Shown here one piece after another: positions 19,095 through 28,130 of a stretch of DNA of 64,000 bases. Position numbers and translations under genes: made by a program. Source of the stretch: an uncultured Spirochaetaceae bacterium. Its GTDB lineage: Bacteria > Spirochaetota > Spirochaetia > Treponematales > Treponemataceae. Positions within the stretch are counted from its first letter, which is position 1. The number at the start of each line of letters is the position of its first letter. Under the pieces are notes generated by a model, which was given only the letters and a program-made list of their open reading frames with translations, did not search any database and was not told the DNA's origin. The DNA lies in the NCBI GenBank assembly GCA_902783155.1, contig CACZPR010000079.1:24339-88338 (forward strand). The letters run 5' to 3'.

Positions 19095-21404
19095 ATGAGA
19101 AAGATAGTATCAATTATTGCGGCTCTTTGCATTGTTGCAACAACATTGTTTGCCGTCAGCTATACCAACAACACATACCACAAGCTTGCCGAGGAGTACA
19201 CCGAGAAGGCACAGAAAGCTATGGATGCCGGTTACTACGAGCTTGCCGAGGAATATGCCGCGGAAGCCAAGAAAAATGCGGCCCTGTCGGAGGAGTTCAT
19301 CGCTATGATGCTCGCAAAGACCGAGGCCGAGGATGCAATCAAAAATGCTCGCGCACGTATGGATTACGCACTGGAGCAGGGAGTGGACCCCAACTCAAAG
19401 GAATACACCGACGCGCTTGCATATCTGAACAAGGCCCAGACCGAGTTTGACGATGAAAAGTATGCCGAAGCAAAATCCGACGCTGAAAAGGTGGGAACCA
19501 TACTTTCTGATGACTACCTTGCGTCTGTTGCGGCAGCAAACGAAGCGAAGAATGCGGCCAAGGATGCCATTGAAAAAGCAAAGGAAGCCCTCGATGCCGC
19601 AAAAGAAGCCGGCGTTCCTGAGGATTCCGACGAGTACAAGGCCGCAAAGGACTATTACGACCAGGCCCAGAAGGATTTCGACGAAGGAAAGTATGATTCC
19701 GCCAAGGAAAATGCTGACAAGGCCGTTGAGACTTTGGGTAGCGATGCCGTAAAGAATCTGCTTGCAAAGAAGGATGCCGAGGATGCTCTCGTGAAGGCAA
19801 AGGAAGCCATTGACAAGGCGGAAAAAGCTGGTCTTGACGATTCCAACCCTCTGTACAGGGATGCAAAGAAGGCTTACGAGCAGGCCCAGAGAGATTTCGC
19901 GGATGAAAAATATCCAGAGTCAATAGAGAATTCCAACAAGGTTCTGGAACTCCTTTCTGATGAAAACATTGAAGCACAGGTTGCCGCGGCAAACGATGAG
20001 GCTGCAAAAGCCGATGCTGCAAAGAAAGCTGCGGAGGATGCAGTCGCAAAGGCAAAGGAGCGTCTGGATTACGCAAAGTCAGCCGGTCTTGATGAAAACA
20101 ACAGCGACAACTACAAGGCGGCTCTTGACTACTACAACCAGGCCGTTGCCGATCTTGAGAAGGAGGACTATGACGGAGCGAAAGACAATGCCGAACAGGT
20201 TCTCGCCCTTCTTCCTCTTGATGATATTGATGGAATTGTTGCCGCAAAGAAAGCCGCTGCGGAGGAAGCTCTTGCAAAGGCAAAGGAAGCTCTGGACAAC
20301 GCAAAGGACAGCGGTTTGAGCCCACTTTCCGAGGACTACCAGGAAGCTGTTGACCTCTACGCATCCGCAAAGCAGGCTTATGACGATGGAAACTACGACA
20401 AGGCCAAGGCTGATGCCGACAAGGTTCTGGAACTTCTTGACCCTGAGACCGTGAAGAACATGAAGGCGAAGGCCGACGCTGAGGCTGCTCTTTCAAGGGC
20501 GCGCCAGAAGATTATTGACGCGGTAGACAAGGGCCTTGAATCTGACAGCGATCTTTACAGGGATGCCATTAAGTATTACAGGGATGCCCAGAAGGATTAT
20601 GCCGACGAGGACTATGTTTCCGCCAAGGAAAAGGCCGAGAAAGTCTGCGAATTGCTTTCAGATGAAAACATTGATGAGCTGCTTGAAAAGGCAGAAGCCG
20701 AAAAAGAAAAGTCAAATGCAGAGGGCGCGCTTGCAGCCGCAAAGGAACGCATTGATTACGCGGAGGCTGCAGGTCTTGATGAGTCCGATCCTAAGTTCAA
20801 GGCGGCACTTGACTACTACAACCGCGCTCTTGACGAGCTGAACGAAGGTAAGTATCCGGAGTGCATTGACGACGCAAACGAGGTCCTGAACATTCTGGAC
20901 GATGCATACATCAACAACCTGCTTGCACGTGGAGATGCTGAAAAGGCAATCGCCGCCGCACAGGAAAGAATAAAGTATGCCGAGTCAATCAACGCACCGC
21001 GCGACTTCCCGATTGCATACGAGGCTGCAAAAGCATACTACTCACAGGCACTTGACGACTACACAGCCGAACAGTACGAGAAGGCCATTTCCGATGCAAA
21101 CAAGGCAATAGACGCTCTTGCCGACATCCACGAGATGACTGTTCTTCCAAAGTACTACATCGTGCGCCCATGGGCAGAGTCAAAGGACTGCTTCTGGAAC
21201 ATCTCCGGACGCTCCTATGTCTACAACAACCCGTGGCTCTGGGAAAACCTGTACGAGGCAAACAAGGACAACATTCCTGAGCGCAACAACCCGAACCTCA
21301 TACTTCCTGGCATGAAGATGGAGATTCCGTCAATCAGCGGCGAATACCGCGACGGAGTTTACAGCCCGGACGTAGAGTACGGAACATTCAGCACAAACAG
21401 GTAA
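19095..21404 (+). CDS. Helical-repeat protein with C-terminal LysM domain
   Basis: GAGGAG lies before ATG 19095, giving signal/anchor MRKIVSIIAALCIVATTLFA. There are eight ~75-aa repeats (A.(D/E)A..(K/R)A.E..D.A...G.....Y..A...Y..A..D....(K/D)Y..(A/S)......V...L). LysM sits at about 21153-21329 (YYIVRPW...ILPGMKMEIP). Confidence 0.8.
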   Translation: MRKIVSIIAALCIVATTLFAVSYTNNTYHKLAEEYTEKAQKAMDAGYYELAEEYAAEAKKNAALSEEFIAMMLAKTEAEDAIKNARARMDYALEQGVDPNSKEYTDALAYLNKAQTEFDDEKYAEAKSDAEKVGTILSDDYLASVAAANEAKNAAKDAIEKAKEALDAAKEAGVPEDSDEYKAAKDYYDQAQKDFDEGKYDSAKENADKAVETLGSDAVKNLLAKKDAEDALVKAKEAIDKAEKAGLDDSNPLYRDAKKAYEQAQRDFADEKYPESIENSNKVLELLSDENIEAQVAAANDEAAKADAAKKAAEDAVAKAKERLDYAKSAGLDENNSDNYKAALDYYNQAVADLEKEDYDGAKDNAEQVLALLPLDDIDGIVAAKKAAAEEALAKAKEALDNAKDSGLSPLSEDYQEAVDLYASAKQAYDDGNYDKAKADADKVLELLDPETVKNMKAKADAEAALSRARQKIIDAVDKGLESDSDLYRDAIKYYRDAQKDYADEDYVSAKEKAEKVCELLSDENIDELLEKAEAEKEKSNAEGALAAAKERIDYAEAAGLDESDPKFKAALDYYNRALDELNEGKYPECIDDANEVLNILDDAYINNLLARGDAEKAIAAAQERIKYAESINAPRDFPIAYEAAKAYYSQALDDYTAEQYEKAISDANKAIDALADIHEMTVLPKYYIVRPWAESKDCFWNISGRSYVYNNPWLWENLYEANKDNIPERNNPNLILPGMKMEIPSISGEYRDGVYSPDVEYGTFSTNR

Positions 21405-21431
21405 TCAACCTGCGCACTGAAAAATAATCAG

Positions 21432-21467
21432 CCCCCCGGAGACTTTGTTTTCGGGGGTGTTTTTTTT
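21432..21467 (+). terminator. Rho-independent terminator
   Basis: CCCCCGGAGACTTTGTTTTCGGGGG followed by TGTTTTTTTT. Confidence 0.65.
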
Positions 21468-21553
21468 GCCTATAAGTGTTTCCGAAGTTTAGGCATCCTG
21501 CGCCTTACATGAAAATAGTAGAAATTCTGCATAATAATTGATAAAATGCACCC

Positions 21554-22756
21554 ATGTGTCAGAAAACTGTTTGCGAGCTTTTTGCCGGAGTCGGTGGCTT
21601 TCGTTTAGGTCTAGAGCATTCTTCAAAGGACTGGAAAACGGTCTGGTTTTCGCAATGGGAACCGGGCAAGAAAAATCAGTGGGCGCATGATTGTTATGTA
21701 AAGCATTTCGGTGACATTGACGAATATACGGGAATAGATATAGCACAGGTAGATAAAAAAATTATTCCCTCCCACAATCTCTTGGTCGGCGGCTTCCCAT
21801 GCCAAGATTATTCCGTGGCACATTCATTGAACGGAGAGAAAGGCATTGAAGGAAAAAAAGGAGTCCTTTGGTGGCAAATCCGCGACACTTTGATTGCAAA
21901 AAAATCTCCGTTTGTTCTTCTGGAAAATGTAGACCGCCTTTTAAAGTCTCCATCGAAACAGCGCGGAAGGGATTTCGGAATTATTCTTGCCTGTTTTGCT
22001 GCTCTGGGATATTCTGTGGAATGGCGTGTGGTAAATGCTGCGGAATACGGAGCGGCACAACGCCGAAGAAGGGTTTTTATTTTTGCATATTCAAAGGCCA
22101 CAAAATATTTTAAATCCGTAGCAAGAAAAAAGCCGGAAGATATTATTGGTTCAGATGGGTTTTTCGCGAGGTCATTTCCGATTTCAGATTTCGGATCCCT
22201 AAAGACCTGCGATATTGATTTTCACGACATTCAAAAAGTTTCGGATGCTTTTGCTTTTCCATTTGAGAATTCCGGTTATTTTAAAGGCGGAAAAATTTAT
22301 ACGGCTGCAACAATTCCAAAAACGGAAAAAGCTGTTCCGCTGAAAAATCTTGTGGAAAAGAATGTCGCGGAAAACTATTATCTTACTGACTCGCTTGAAA
22401 AATTTAAATATCTTAAGGGCGCAAAAAAAATAGAGCGGACTGCAAAAACTGGATTCAAATATACATTTTCTGAAGGACCGGTCGCTTTTCCAGACAGCCT
22501 TGATTTACCGGCCAGAACAATGCTGACTAGCGAGGCGACTGTGAACCGAAGTACTCATGTAATACAGGATCCGGAGACAGGACGTTTTCGCCTTATAACG
22601 CCGTTGGAGGCAGAGCGGATACAAGGATTTGATGACAACTGGACAGACACCGGTATGCCGCAGAAATTCCGCTATTTTTGCATGGGCAATGCCCTTGTAG
22701 TTCCAATGATTACACGTATGGGAAATGTGCTGAATAAGATTTTCGATGAGGAGTAA
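21554..22756 (+). CDS. DNA (cytosine-5)-methyltransferase, M.Sau3AI-like
   Basis: Motif I ELFAGVGGFRLG, motif IV GGFPCQDYS, ENV, QRRRRVFI, and C-terminal GNALVVP. Confidence 0.9.
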   Translation: MCQKTVCELFAGVGGFRLGLEHSSKDWKTVWFSQWEPGKKNQWAHDCYVKHFGDIDEYTGIDIAQVDKKIIPSHNLLVGGFPCQDYSVAHSLNGEKGIEGKKGVLWWQIRDTLIAKKSPFVLLENVDRLLKSPSKQRGRDFGIILACFAALGYSVEWRVVNAAEYGAAQRRRRVFIFAYSKATKYFKSVARKKPEDIIGSDGFFARSFPISDFGSLKTCDIDFHDIQKVSDAFAFPFENSGYFKGGKIYTAATIPKTEKAVPLKNLVEKNVAENYYLTDSLEKFKYLKGAKKIERTAKTGFKYTFSEGPVAFPDSLDLPARTMLTSEATVNRSTHVIQDPETGRFRLITPLEAERIQGFDDNWTDTGMPQKFRYFCMGNALVVPMITRMGNVLNKIFDEE

Positions 22757-22763
22757 TGCAATT

Positions 22764-24167
22764 ATGAAAGGACTTCTTTATGATGAAGCAAGCATTCATT
22801 CAATCGTAAAATATGCGCAGCTGCTTGAGAATAAATCTATTGACGAGGTGAATCAGAACCAGAGGTCCTTCGCAGGAATGAATCAAGATATTCCGAAAAC
22901 TTTTTTTTATGAGAACAAAAATAATAAAGGAAAATTCGGAAATTATCTTGAGTATGTTTATTTCGGAAAGAAAAATGACAATAAATCTCAGGCTGATTTT
23001 CCGCTTGCAAATTTGGAGCTAAAAACTTCCCCGCTGAAAACTTTGTCGAACTATGAGGTCAGGGTAAAGGAAAGGCTTGTCCTGAATCATTTTACTTTTA
23101 CAGACATAGATAAAGAAATTTTTGAGTCGTCGCGTTTTAAAAAAAAGAATGAGAACATACTTCTTGTTTTCTATCATCATAACACGAATACTCATGCCGG
23201 AGATTTAAAAATCGAACTTGCAGATTTGTGGCAATGCTTTAAGGAGGATGAAGCCCAGCTTCGTGCTGATTGGCAAACGATAGTAAATAAAGTTCATGCT
23301 GGAAAGGCCCATGAAATTTCAGAAGGCGACACATTGTACCTTGGAGCCTGTACAAAAGGAGCGGATGCAAAATCAAGTATGCAGGTTCAGCCGCATTCCA
23401 GTATAATGGCGAAGGGCAGGGCCCTGTGCTTTAAATCCTGTTATATAAATCATATTTTTCAAGTTCTGCTGCAAAGAAAACTCCATGGAAGAAATCTTGA
23501 GACTCGTGTTCTTTCTGAGAATGAAATTTTTGAGGAAAAAATAAATTCAATTTTCAAACCGTATCTAAAAAAATCTGCACCAGAAATATGTGAAATGCGG
23601 AACGAGAAATACAACCTGCAGAACAAATCCCGCTATGCCGACATCGCAAAACATATTGTGGGACTGCGCAAGAGCGAAGATAATCTTTATGAATTCAATG
23701 CGTCCGGCATTCAGCTTAAAACTGTTCGGGTTGAACCGGACGGAACTTCCGTAGAATCTCTTTCGTTTAAAAATATTGATTTTTGCGAAATCGTTGATGA
23801 AGAATGGGAAGAAAGCGATTTTTACAGCGCGATAACAAGCAAATTTATTTTTGTCCTGTTCAGGCGCGACTCGAAAGACATGGACTATTATTTGGACCGG
23901 GTTGAGTTCTGGCAGATACCGGAAAAAGATTATCAGATATTTAAAGATGTTTGGGAAGATACCAAAGAAAAAGTTTTGAGGGGCGATTATGAACACTTTA
24001 TAAAAATGTCTGAGAACCATGTCTCACATATCCGTCCAAAAGGAAAAAACTCGGAAGACTTGATGTATACACCCCAAGGAACTTTTGAGAAGAAAAAATG
24101 TTTCTGGATAAATCAAGAGTACATTCAAAAAAATGTTCTGGATAAGTTCTACAGATATTATAATTAA
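22764..24167 (+). CDS. Type II restriction endonuclease, MutH/Sau3AI family (predicted GATC)
   Basis: KGKFGNYLE...ADFPLANLELKTSP...KERLVLN, GKAHEISEGDTLYLGACTKGADA, and C-terminal HIRPKG...CFWINQEYIQKNV are colinear with Sau3AI as I remember it. Start is ATG 22764 (GAGGAG 9 nt upstream) or 22746. Confidence 0.85.
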   Translation: MKGLLYDEASIHSIVKYAQLLENKSIDEVNQNQRSFAGMNQDIPKTFFYENKNNKGKFGNYLEYVYFGKKNDNKSQADFPLANLELKTSPLKTLSNYEVRVKERLVLNHFTFTDIDKEIFESSRFKKKNENILLVFYHHNTNTHAGDLKIELADLWQCFKEDEAQLRADWQTIVNKVHAGKAHEISEGDTLYLGACTKGADAKSSMQVQPHSSIMAKGRALCFKSCYINHIFQVLLQRKLHGRNLETRVLSENEIFEEKINSIFKPYLKKSAPEICEMRNEKYNLQNKSRYADIAKHIVGLRKSEDNLYEFNASGIQLKTVRVEPDGTSVESLSFKNIDFCEIVDEEWEESDFYSAITSKFIFVLFRRDSKDMDYYLDRVEFWQIPEKDYQIFKDVWEDTKEKVLRGDYEHFIKMSENHVSHIRPKGKNSEDLMYTPQGTFEKKKCFWINQEYIQKNVLDKFYRYYN

Positions 24168-24170
24168 TCC

Positions 24171-24710
24171 TCACCCTTCCTCCCCATGTGCAAGATAAAG
24201 GCAGAGCGCCGTGGCCATGAGGGCGTGGGGGAAATCCTTGCTGCCCATTTTTGCGATGACTTCCTTTTTGTCCATCTCCATGTAGTTCAGAAATTCGTCA
24301 GAATCCAGGTTCTGTTTTCCGGTGAACCTTAAATCTTTTGCGCAGTAGATGTGGAAATGGTTTGCAAAAAGCGCGGGGTTCGGGTTGACGGTTCCCAGAT
24401 GAATAAGTTTTCCAGCTTCTGCTCCGGTTTCTTCAAGCAGCTCCCGTCTTGCACCGTCCTCCGGATTTTCTCCGTAATCAATTACGCCGCCTGGAAATTC
24501 TATGCTCAGAGCACCTTCGCCATGCCGCCATTGACGCACCATCAAAAATTTGTCGCCGACAACGGGAATTACGCAAACCCAGTCGCGTGCCTCGTTCACA
24601 ATGTATTTTCCGCACTGACCGTTCGGACCCTGGCTTTCCCTTTCTGTTACCGTAAAAACGGCGGCCTTCAAAATCTCTTTCCTGCCCAATTCTTTCCATT
24701 CAAGATTCAT
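24171..24710 (-). CDS. NUDIX hydrolase (ADP-ribose pyrophosphatase-like)
   Basis: Nudix box GGVIDYGENPEDGARRELLEETG. Confidence 0.85.
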   Translation of the reverse strand: MNLEWKELGRKEILKAAVFTVTERESQGPNGQCGKYIVNEARDWVCVIPVVGDKFLMVRQWRHGEGALSIEFPGGVIDYGENPEDGARRELLEETGAEAGKLIHLGTVNPNPALFANHFHIYCAKDLRFTGKQNLDSDEFLNYMEMDKKEVIAKMGSKDFPHALMATALCLYLAHGEEG

Positions 24711-24838
24711 TTTACAACCTCAAAAAAAGTCTAGCATAATTTCCGCAGATTGTGAACCGATTAGGAAAGTCATGCTGAGGCCCTGTGTCCATATATCGCT
24801 ACCTTGAAAAATATGCGGCTGTTGCTTATAATTTGGGC

Positions 24839-25459
24839 ATGAAGACTTCCAATAAATTTACCATGGTCCGCATTGTGGCGGCTCCTATAACTTTTGTGCT
24901 TTATTTTATGCCGGTGTGGTGCGGGGTTCCGAACGGTTCGGTGCTTTCGATTGTGACGACCTGCATTCTGATTCCGTTCCTTGCGTTTTCCGAGTTTACT
25001 GACTATCTAGACGGTCACTACGCGCGCAAAAACAACGAGGTAAGCGACTTCGGAAAAATGTTCGACCCCTTTGCCGACGTTTTCCTGCATCTTTCGCTTT
25101 TCGTGTGCTTTACTTTTTCGGGCTACTGTCCGCTTCCTGTCCTTGTTCTGATTCTGTACCGCGAGTTCGGCCAGAGTTTCCTCCGCATGGTCGCCGCCAA
25201 AAACGGTACTGCCATTGCCGCAAGGAAGGGGGGTAAGCTGAAAACTGTTTTCTATATAACATCCATTCTTCTGGCTCTTGCGATTGAGTCTTTGGTACGC
25301 ACGGGTCTTGCCGAAAAATGGTCTTTCAACGTTGACGTGGCGAAGATTGTGTCCATGGGATTTTTCATTGCATGCGTCGTTTTTTCTTACGCTTCGTTCA
25401 TCGACTATCTGAAGAATTTCGGGAAGGTCTTGAAGGACAGTGCCGAGGACAGAGGATAA
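24839..25459 (+). CDS. pgsA: CDP-alcohol phosphatidyltransferase (PgsA-like)
   Basis: DYLDGHYARKNNEVSDFGKMFDPFADV matches the D-G-x2-A-R-x8-G-x3-D-x3-D motif. Start is uncertain. ATG 24839 sits 6 nt after a TTGAAA-17-TATAAT promoter, which would make it leaderless. GTG 24785 has a GAGG upstream. Confidence 0.75.
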   Translation: MKTSNKFTMVRIVAAPITFVLYFMPVWCGVPNGSVLSIVTTCILIPFLAFSEFTDYLDGHYARKNNEVSDFGKMFDPFADVFLHLSLFVCFTFSGYCPLPVLVLILYREFGQSFLRMVAAKNGTAIAARKGGKLKTVFYITSILLALAIESLVRTGLAEKWSFNVDVAKIVSMGFFIACVVFSYASFIDYLKNFGKVLKDSAEDRG

Positions 25460-25524
25460 AAACACGGCTTTCTACCTCAGAAATCTGATTCTCAAAAAAA
25501 TTTGGTGAATTTTGAAAAAAAAGT

Positions 25525-25553
25525 TTGACAAATACCCGGGGGGGTAATATATT
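25525..25553 (+). promoter_or_regulatory. Sigma70-like promoter with a G7 tract in the spacer
   Basis: TTGACA (25525-25530), a 17-nt spacer containing GGGGGGG (25538-25544), then TATATT (25548-25553). Lies upstream of the secreted protein gene at 25617. Confidence 0.4.
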
Positions 25554-25616
25554 TATATAAATCAATTTTATTTTTAGCTTGGTTTATGCAAATTTCAATT
25601 TGAGAAGGAGTTTTTT

Positions 25617-26612
25617 ATGAGGAAGATTCTGAAACACTTTGCTGCCCTTATGGTTCTGGCTCTTAGCGTTTTTGCTCCGTGCATGGCTGCGAAAGCCGTT
25701 AAGCCTGTTGTCGTTGACGAAACCCAGCCTGTTGTCATTGTCGAGTTCAGCGCGAACAAGTATATTGACTTTTTTACCTACAAGGGGTATATAAGCAATG
25801 CCGGTAAAAAATCTGGCGGAGGACTTCTTGGTGCGATTGCGTCTGGAATTGACAAGAAGGTGATGAAGGACAGTTACACCAGCCTGCTTACAAAAAATCT
25901 GATTGAAGAATTGAATGTGGAGCAGATTGTTCTTGAGGAGCTTGCGAATTTCCCGGAAATCAAGGAGTTGGTTTCGGTGGACACGTTGCTTTCGACAAAG
26001 GACTACACGAAAATCAAAAATCCGAAGGATACGAATGAATTGCGCTACATGCCGGTCGGGAATTTCAAGTACTTTGGAAATGACAAGAACCGCCAGAAGA
26101 ATATGCAGAACGCGGAGAAGACACTTGGAAAAAAACTTGGCGCGAAGGGCTTTGTTGAAATATATGTAGATTTTGGATATTACCTGTCCGAGAGCGATGA
26201 TGTAAAGACCGACTTCCAGAAAGGCTTGGACAAGTTTGAAAGCGGTCTTGATGCGATTGGTTCCGCGCTTGGTGTGAAATCCCAGAAAAAGGAGACGGAC
26301 ACCGGATATCTTCACCCTGCTGTAAATGTCGTCGTCAGAATCTACGACCAGAATGGCGTTCCATTTTCGTTCCCCTACCGCTATGTGAATGGCGAGCAGA
26401 TAAAGGGCTACGAGACGGAGAAGGAAGCCAAGAAGGCGAAGGACAGCTTTGATCTGACCAGGGACTATTATTACAAGGGCAGGGCTGTCGGGGAGCAGTC
26501 CGTCGTAATCAACAGCGGAAAGTATGATGACGAAGAATTTGCAAAGCTCTATACGGAGGAACTTGTCCGCGAGGCTGCGAAAAATGCGGTCCTGAGGGCG
26601 TTGTCAGAGTAG
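25617..26612 (+). CDS. Hypothetical secreted protein or lipoprotein
   Basis: AAGGAG lies before the ATG. Signal peptide MRKILKHFAALMVLALSVFAPCMA. I recognise no domain. Confidence 0.6.
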   Translation: MRKILKHFAALMVLALSVFAPCMAAKAVKPVVVDETQPVVIVEFSANKYIDFFTYKGYISNAGKKSGGGLLGAIASGIDKKVMKDSYTSLLTKNLIEELNVEQIVLEELANFPEIKELVSVDTLLSTKDYTKIKNPKDTNELRYMPVGNFKYFGNDKNRQKNMQNAEKTLGKKLGAKGFVEIYVDFGYYLSESDDVKTDFQKGLDKFESGLDAIGSALGVKSQKKETDTGYLHPAVNVVVRIYDQNGVPFSFPYRYVNGEQIKGYETEKEAKKAKDSFDLTRDYYYKGRAVGEQSVVINSGKYDDEEFAKLYTEELVREAAKNAVLRALSE

Positions 26613-26657
26613 TCTCCGACATTGTTTGCTTATTGATTCTTTTAACGCATAAAAAAA

Positions 26658-26692
26658 CTGCCACCGATTTGTTTCGATGGCAGCTTCTTTTT
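26658..26692. terminator. Hairpin terminator between convergent genes
   Basis: CTGCCACCGATTTGTTTCGATGGCAG followed by CTTCTTTTT, with an A-run on the other side. Confidence 0.5.
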
Positions 26693-26769
26693 ATAGTCCG
26701 GTTTGTTTGCGGCTATTTATTTTGTTGCCAAAATGGCAATCGTCGCAAACTTTGTTTGCTCTTGAATAG

Positions 26770-28041
26770 CTATTTTGTTGCCAAAATAGCAATGCCGGGG
26801 AGTGTCTTTCCTTCGAGGAATTCGAGTGATGCGCCGCCACCTGTTGAGACGTGGCTCATCTTGTCTGCGAGGTTGAACTTGTTGACTGCTGCAACTGAAT
26901 CACCGCCTCCGACTACTGTCATTGCTCCGCGTCCGGTTGCATCTGCCACAAGCTGTGCTACTGTTGCGGTTCCCTTTGCGAATGCGTCGAACTCGAATAC
27001 TCCTACAGGTCCGTTCCATACTACAGACTTTGCCGTTGAAAGAACTTCCTTGTATGCTTCGATTGTCTTTGGTCCTACGTCCATTGCCATAAGTCCGTCC
27101 GGAATGTCAACTCCGTCAACTGCGACAGGTGCTGCGTTTGCGTCGAACTTGTCCGCTGCAACATGGTCTACAGGAAGAACAATCTTGACCCCCTTTGCCT
27201 CTGCATCAGCGAGCAGCTTCTTTGCCGTGTCGATGAAGTCGTCCTCAACCAATGAGATTCCGACCTTGTGTCCCTGTGCCTTGAGGAATGTGTATGCCAT
27301 GCCTCCACCGATGACGAGGGCGGATGCGTTCTTCAAAAGTGACTCGAGGACTGCAATCTTTGAGGAAACCTTTGCTCCTCCGATGATTGCTACCTGTGGC
27401 TTCGGTGGATTTTCTACCATCGGCTGGATGTACTTGACTTCCTTTTCCATGAGGAATCCGCCGACCGGCTGTGTTGACATGAACTTTGCGATTGTAGCGG
27501 TTGAAGCCTGATCGCGGTGTGCCGTTCCGAATGCGTCGTTAACGAAGATGTCTCCGTAAGTTGCAAGCTCCTTTGCCATTGTCTCGCGCTCTTCGTCAAC
27601 CTTTGATGTTTCCTCCGGGTGGAAGCGCACGTTTTCAAGCATTGCCACGGCTCCGTCTGGAAGTGCGTCGATTGCAGCCTTCTGTCCGAGTGCGTCCGGG
27701 AGGAATGTAACGTCCTTTCCGAGCTTTGATGCGAAATATTCAACGACAGGCTTCATGCGGTTCTTTCCGTTGATGAACTTCTCTGAATCGGCTTCCGTCC
27801 ATGACTTTCCGGCTTTCTCTGCCTTTTCCTTGGCCTTCTTGACATCCTTTTTCGGATCTCCAAGGTGGCTCATAAGAACGAGGCTCCTTGGTCCCTGCTC
27901 AAGAATGTACTTGATTGTAGGAAGAGCCGCCATGATGCGTGTATCGTCCTGAACGACACCGTCCTTCATAGGAACATTGAAATCAACGCGCATGATGATG
28001 CGTTTTCCCTTCAAGTCAACGTCTTTGACTGTCTTGATCAT
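26770..28041 (-). CDS. pgk: Phosphoglycerate kinase
   Basis: [35 protein letters not shown], and [14 protein letters not shown] at the C-terminus. Confidence 0.95.
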   Translation of the reverse strand: MIKTVKDVDLKGKRIIMRVDFNVPMKDGVVQDDTRIMAALPTIKYILEQGPRSLVLMSHLGDPKKDVKKAKEKAEKAGKSWTEADSEKFINGKNRMKPVVEYFASKLGKDVTFLPDALGQKAAIDALPDGAVAMLENVRFHPEETSKVDEERETMAKELATYGDIFVNDAFGTAHRDQASTATIAKFMSTQPVGGFLMEKEVKYIQPMVENPPKPQVAIIGGAKVSSKIAVLESLLKNASALVIGGGMAYTFLKAQGHKVGISLVEDDFIDTAKKLLADAEAKGVKIVLPVDHVAADKFDANAAPVAVDGVDIPDGLMAMDVGPKTIEAYKEVLSTAKSVVWNGPVGVFEFDAFAKGTATVAQLVADATGRGAMTVVGGGDSVAAVNKFNLADKMSHVSTGGGASLEFLEGKTLPGIAILATK

Positions 28042-28130
28042 AAATAAAATCCTCCGTTTGGAATTGTTTTCTTTTTTAAGGCTGCGTTTTTCATGCAGAT
28101 ATTAGATTATACTATTGAAATACTTAAATT

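Noticed and set aside
25584-26315. 243-aa minus-strand ORF competing with the 25617-26612 plus-strand ORF
   Set aside because: The plus-strand ORF has AAGGAG before its ATG, a clean signal peptide and normal composition. The minus-strand product is Leu/Arg/Phe-rich with no start context.
26633-27511. 292-aa plus-strand ORF overlapping pgk
   Set aside because: It is antisense to a textbook phosphoglycerate kinase. Its protein is Ala/Ser/Thr/Pro-rich with no motifs.
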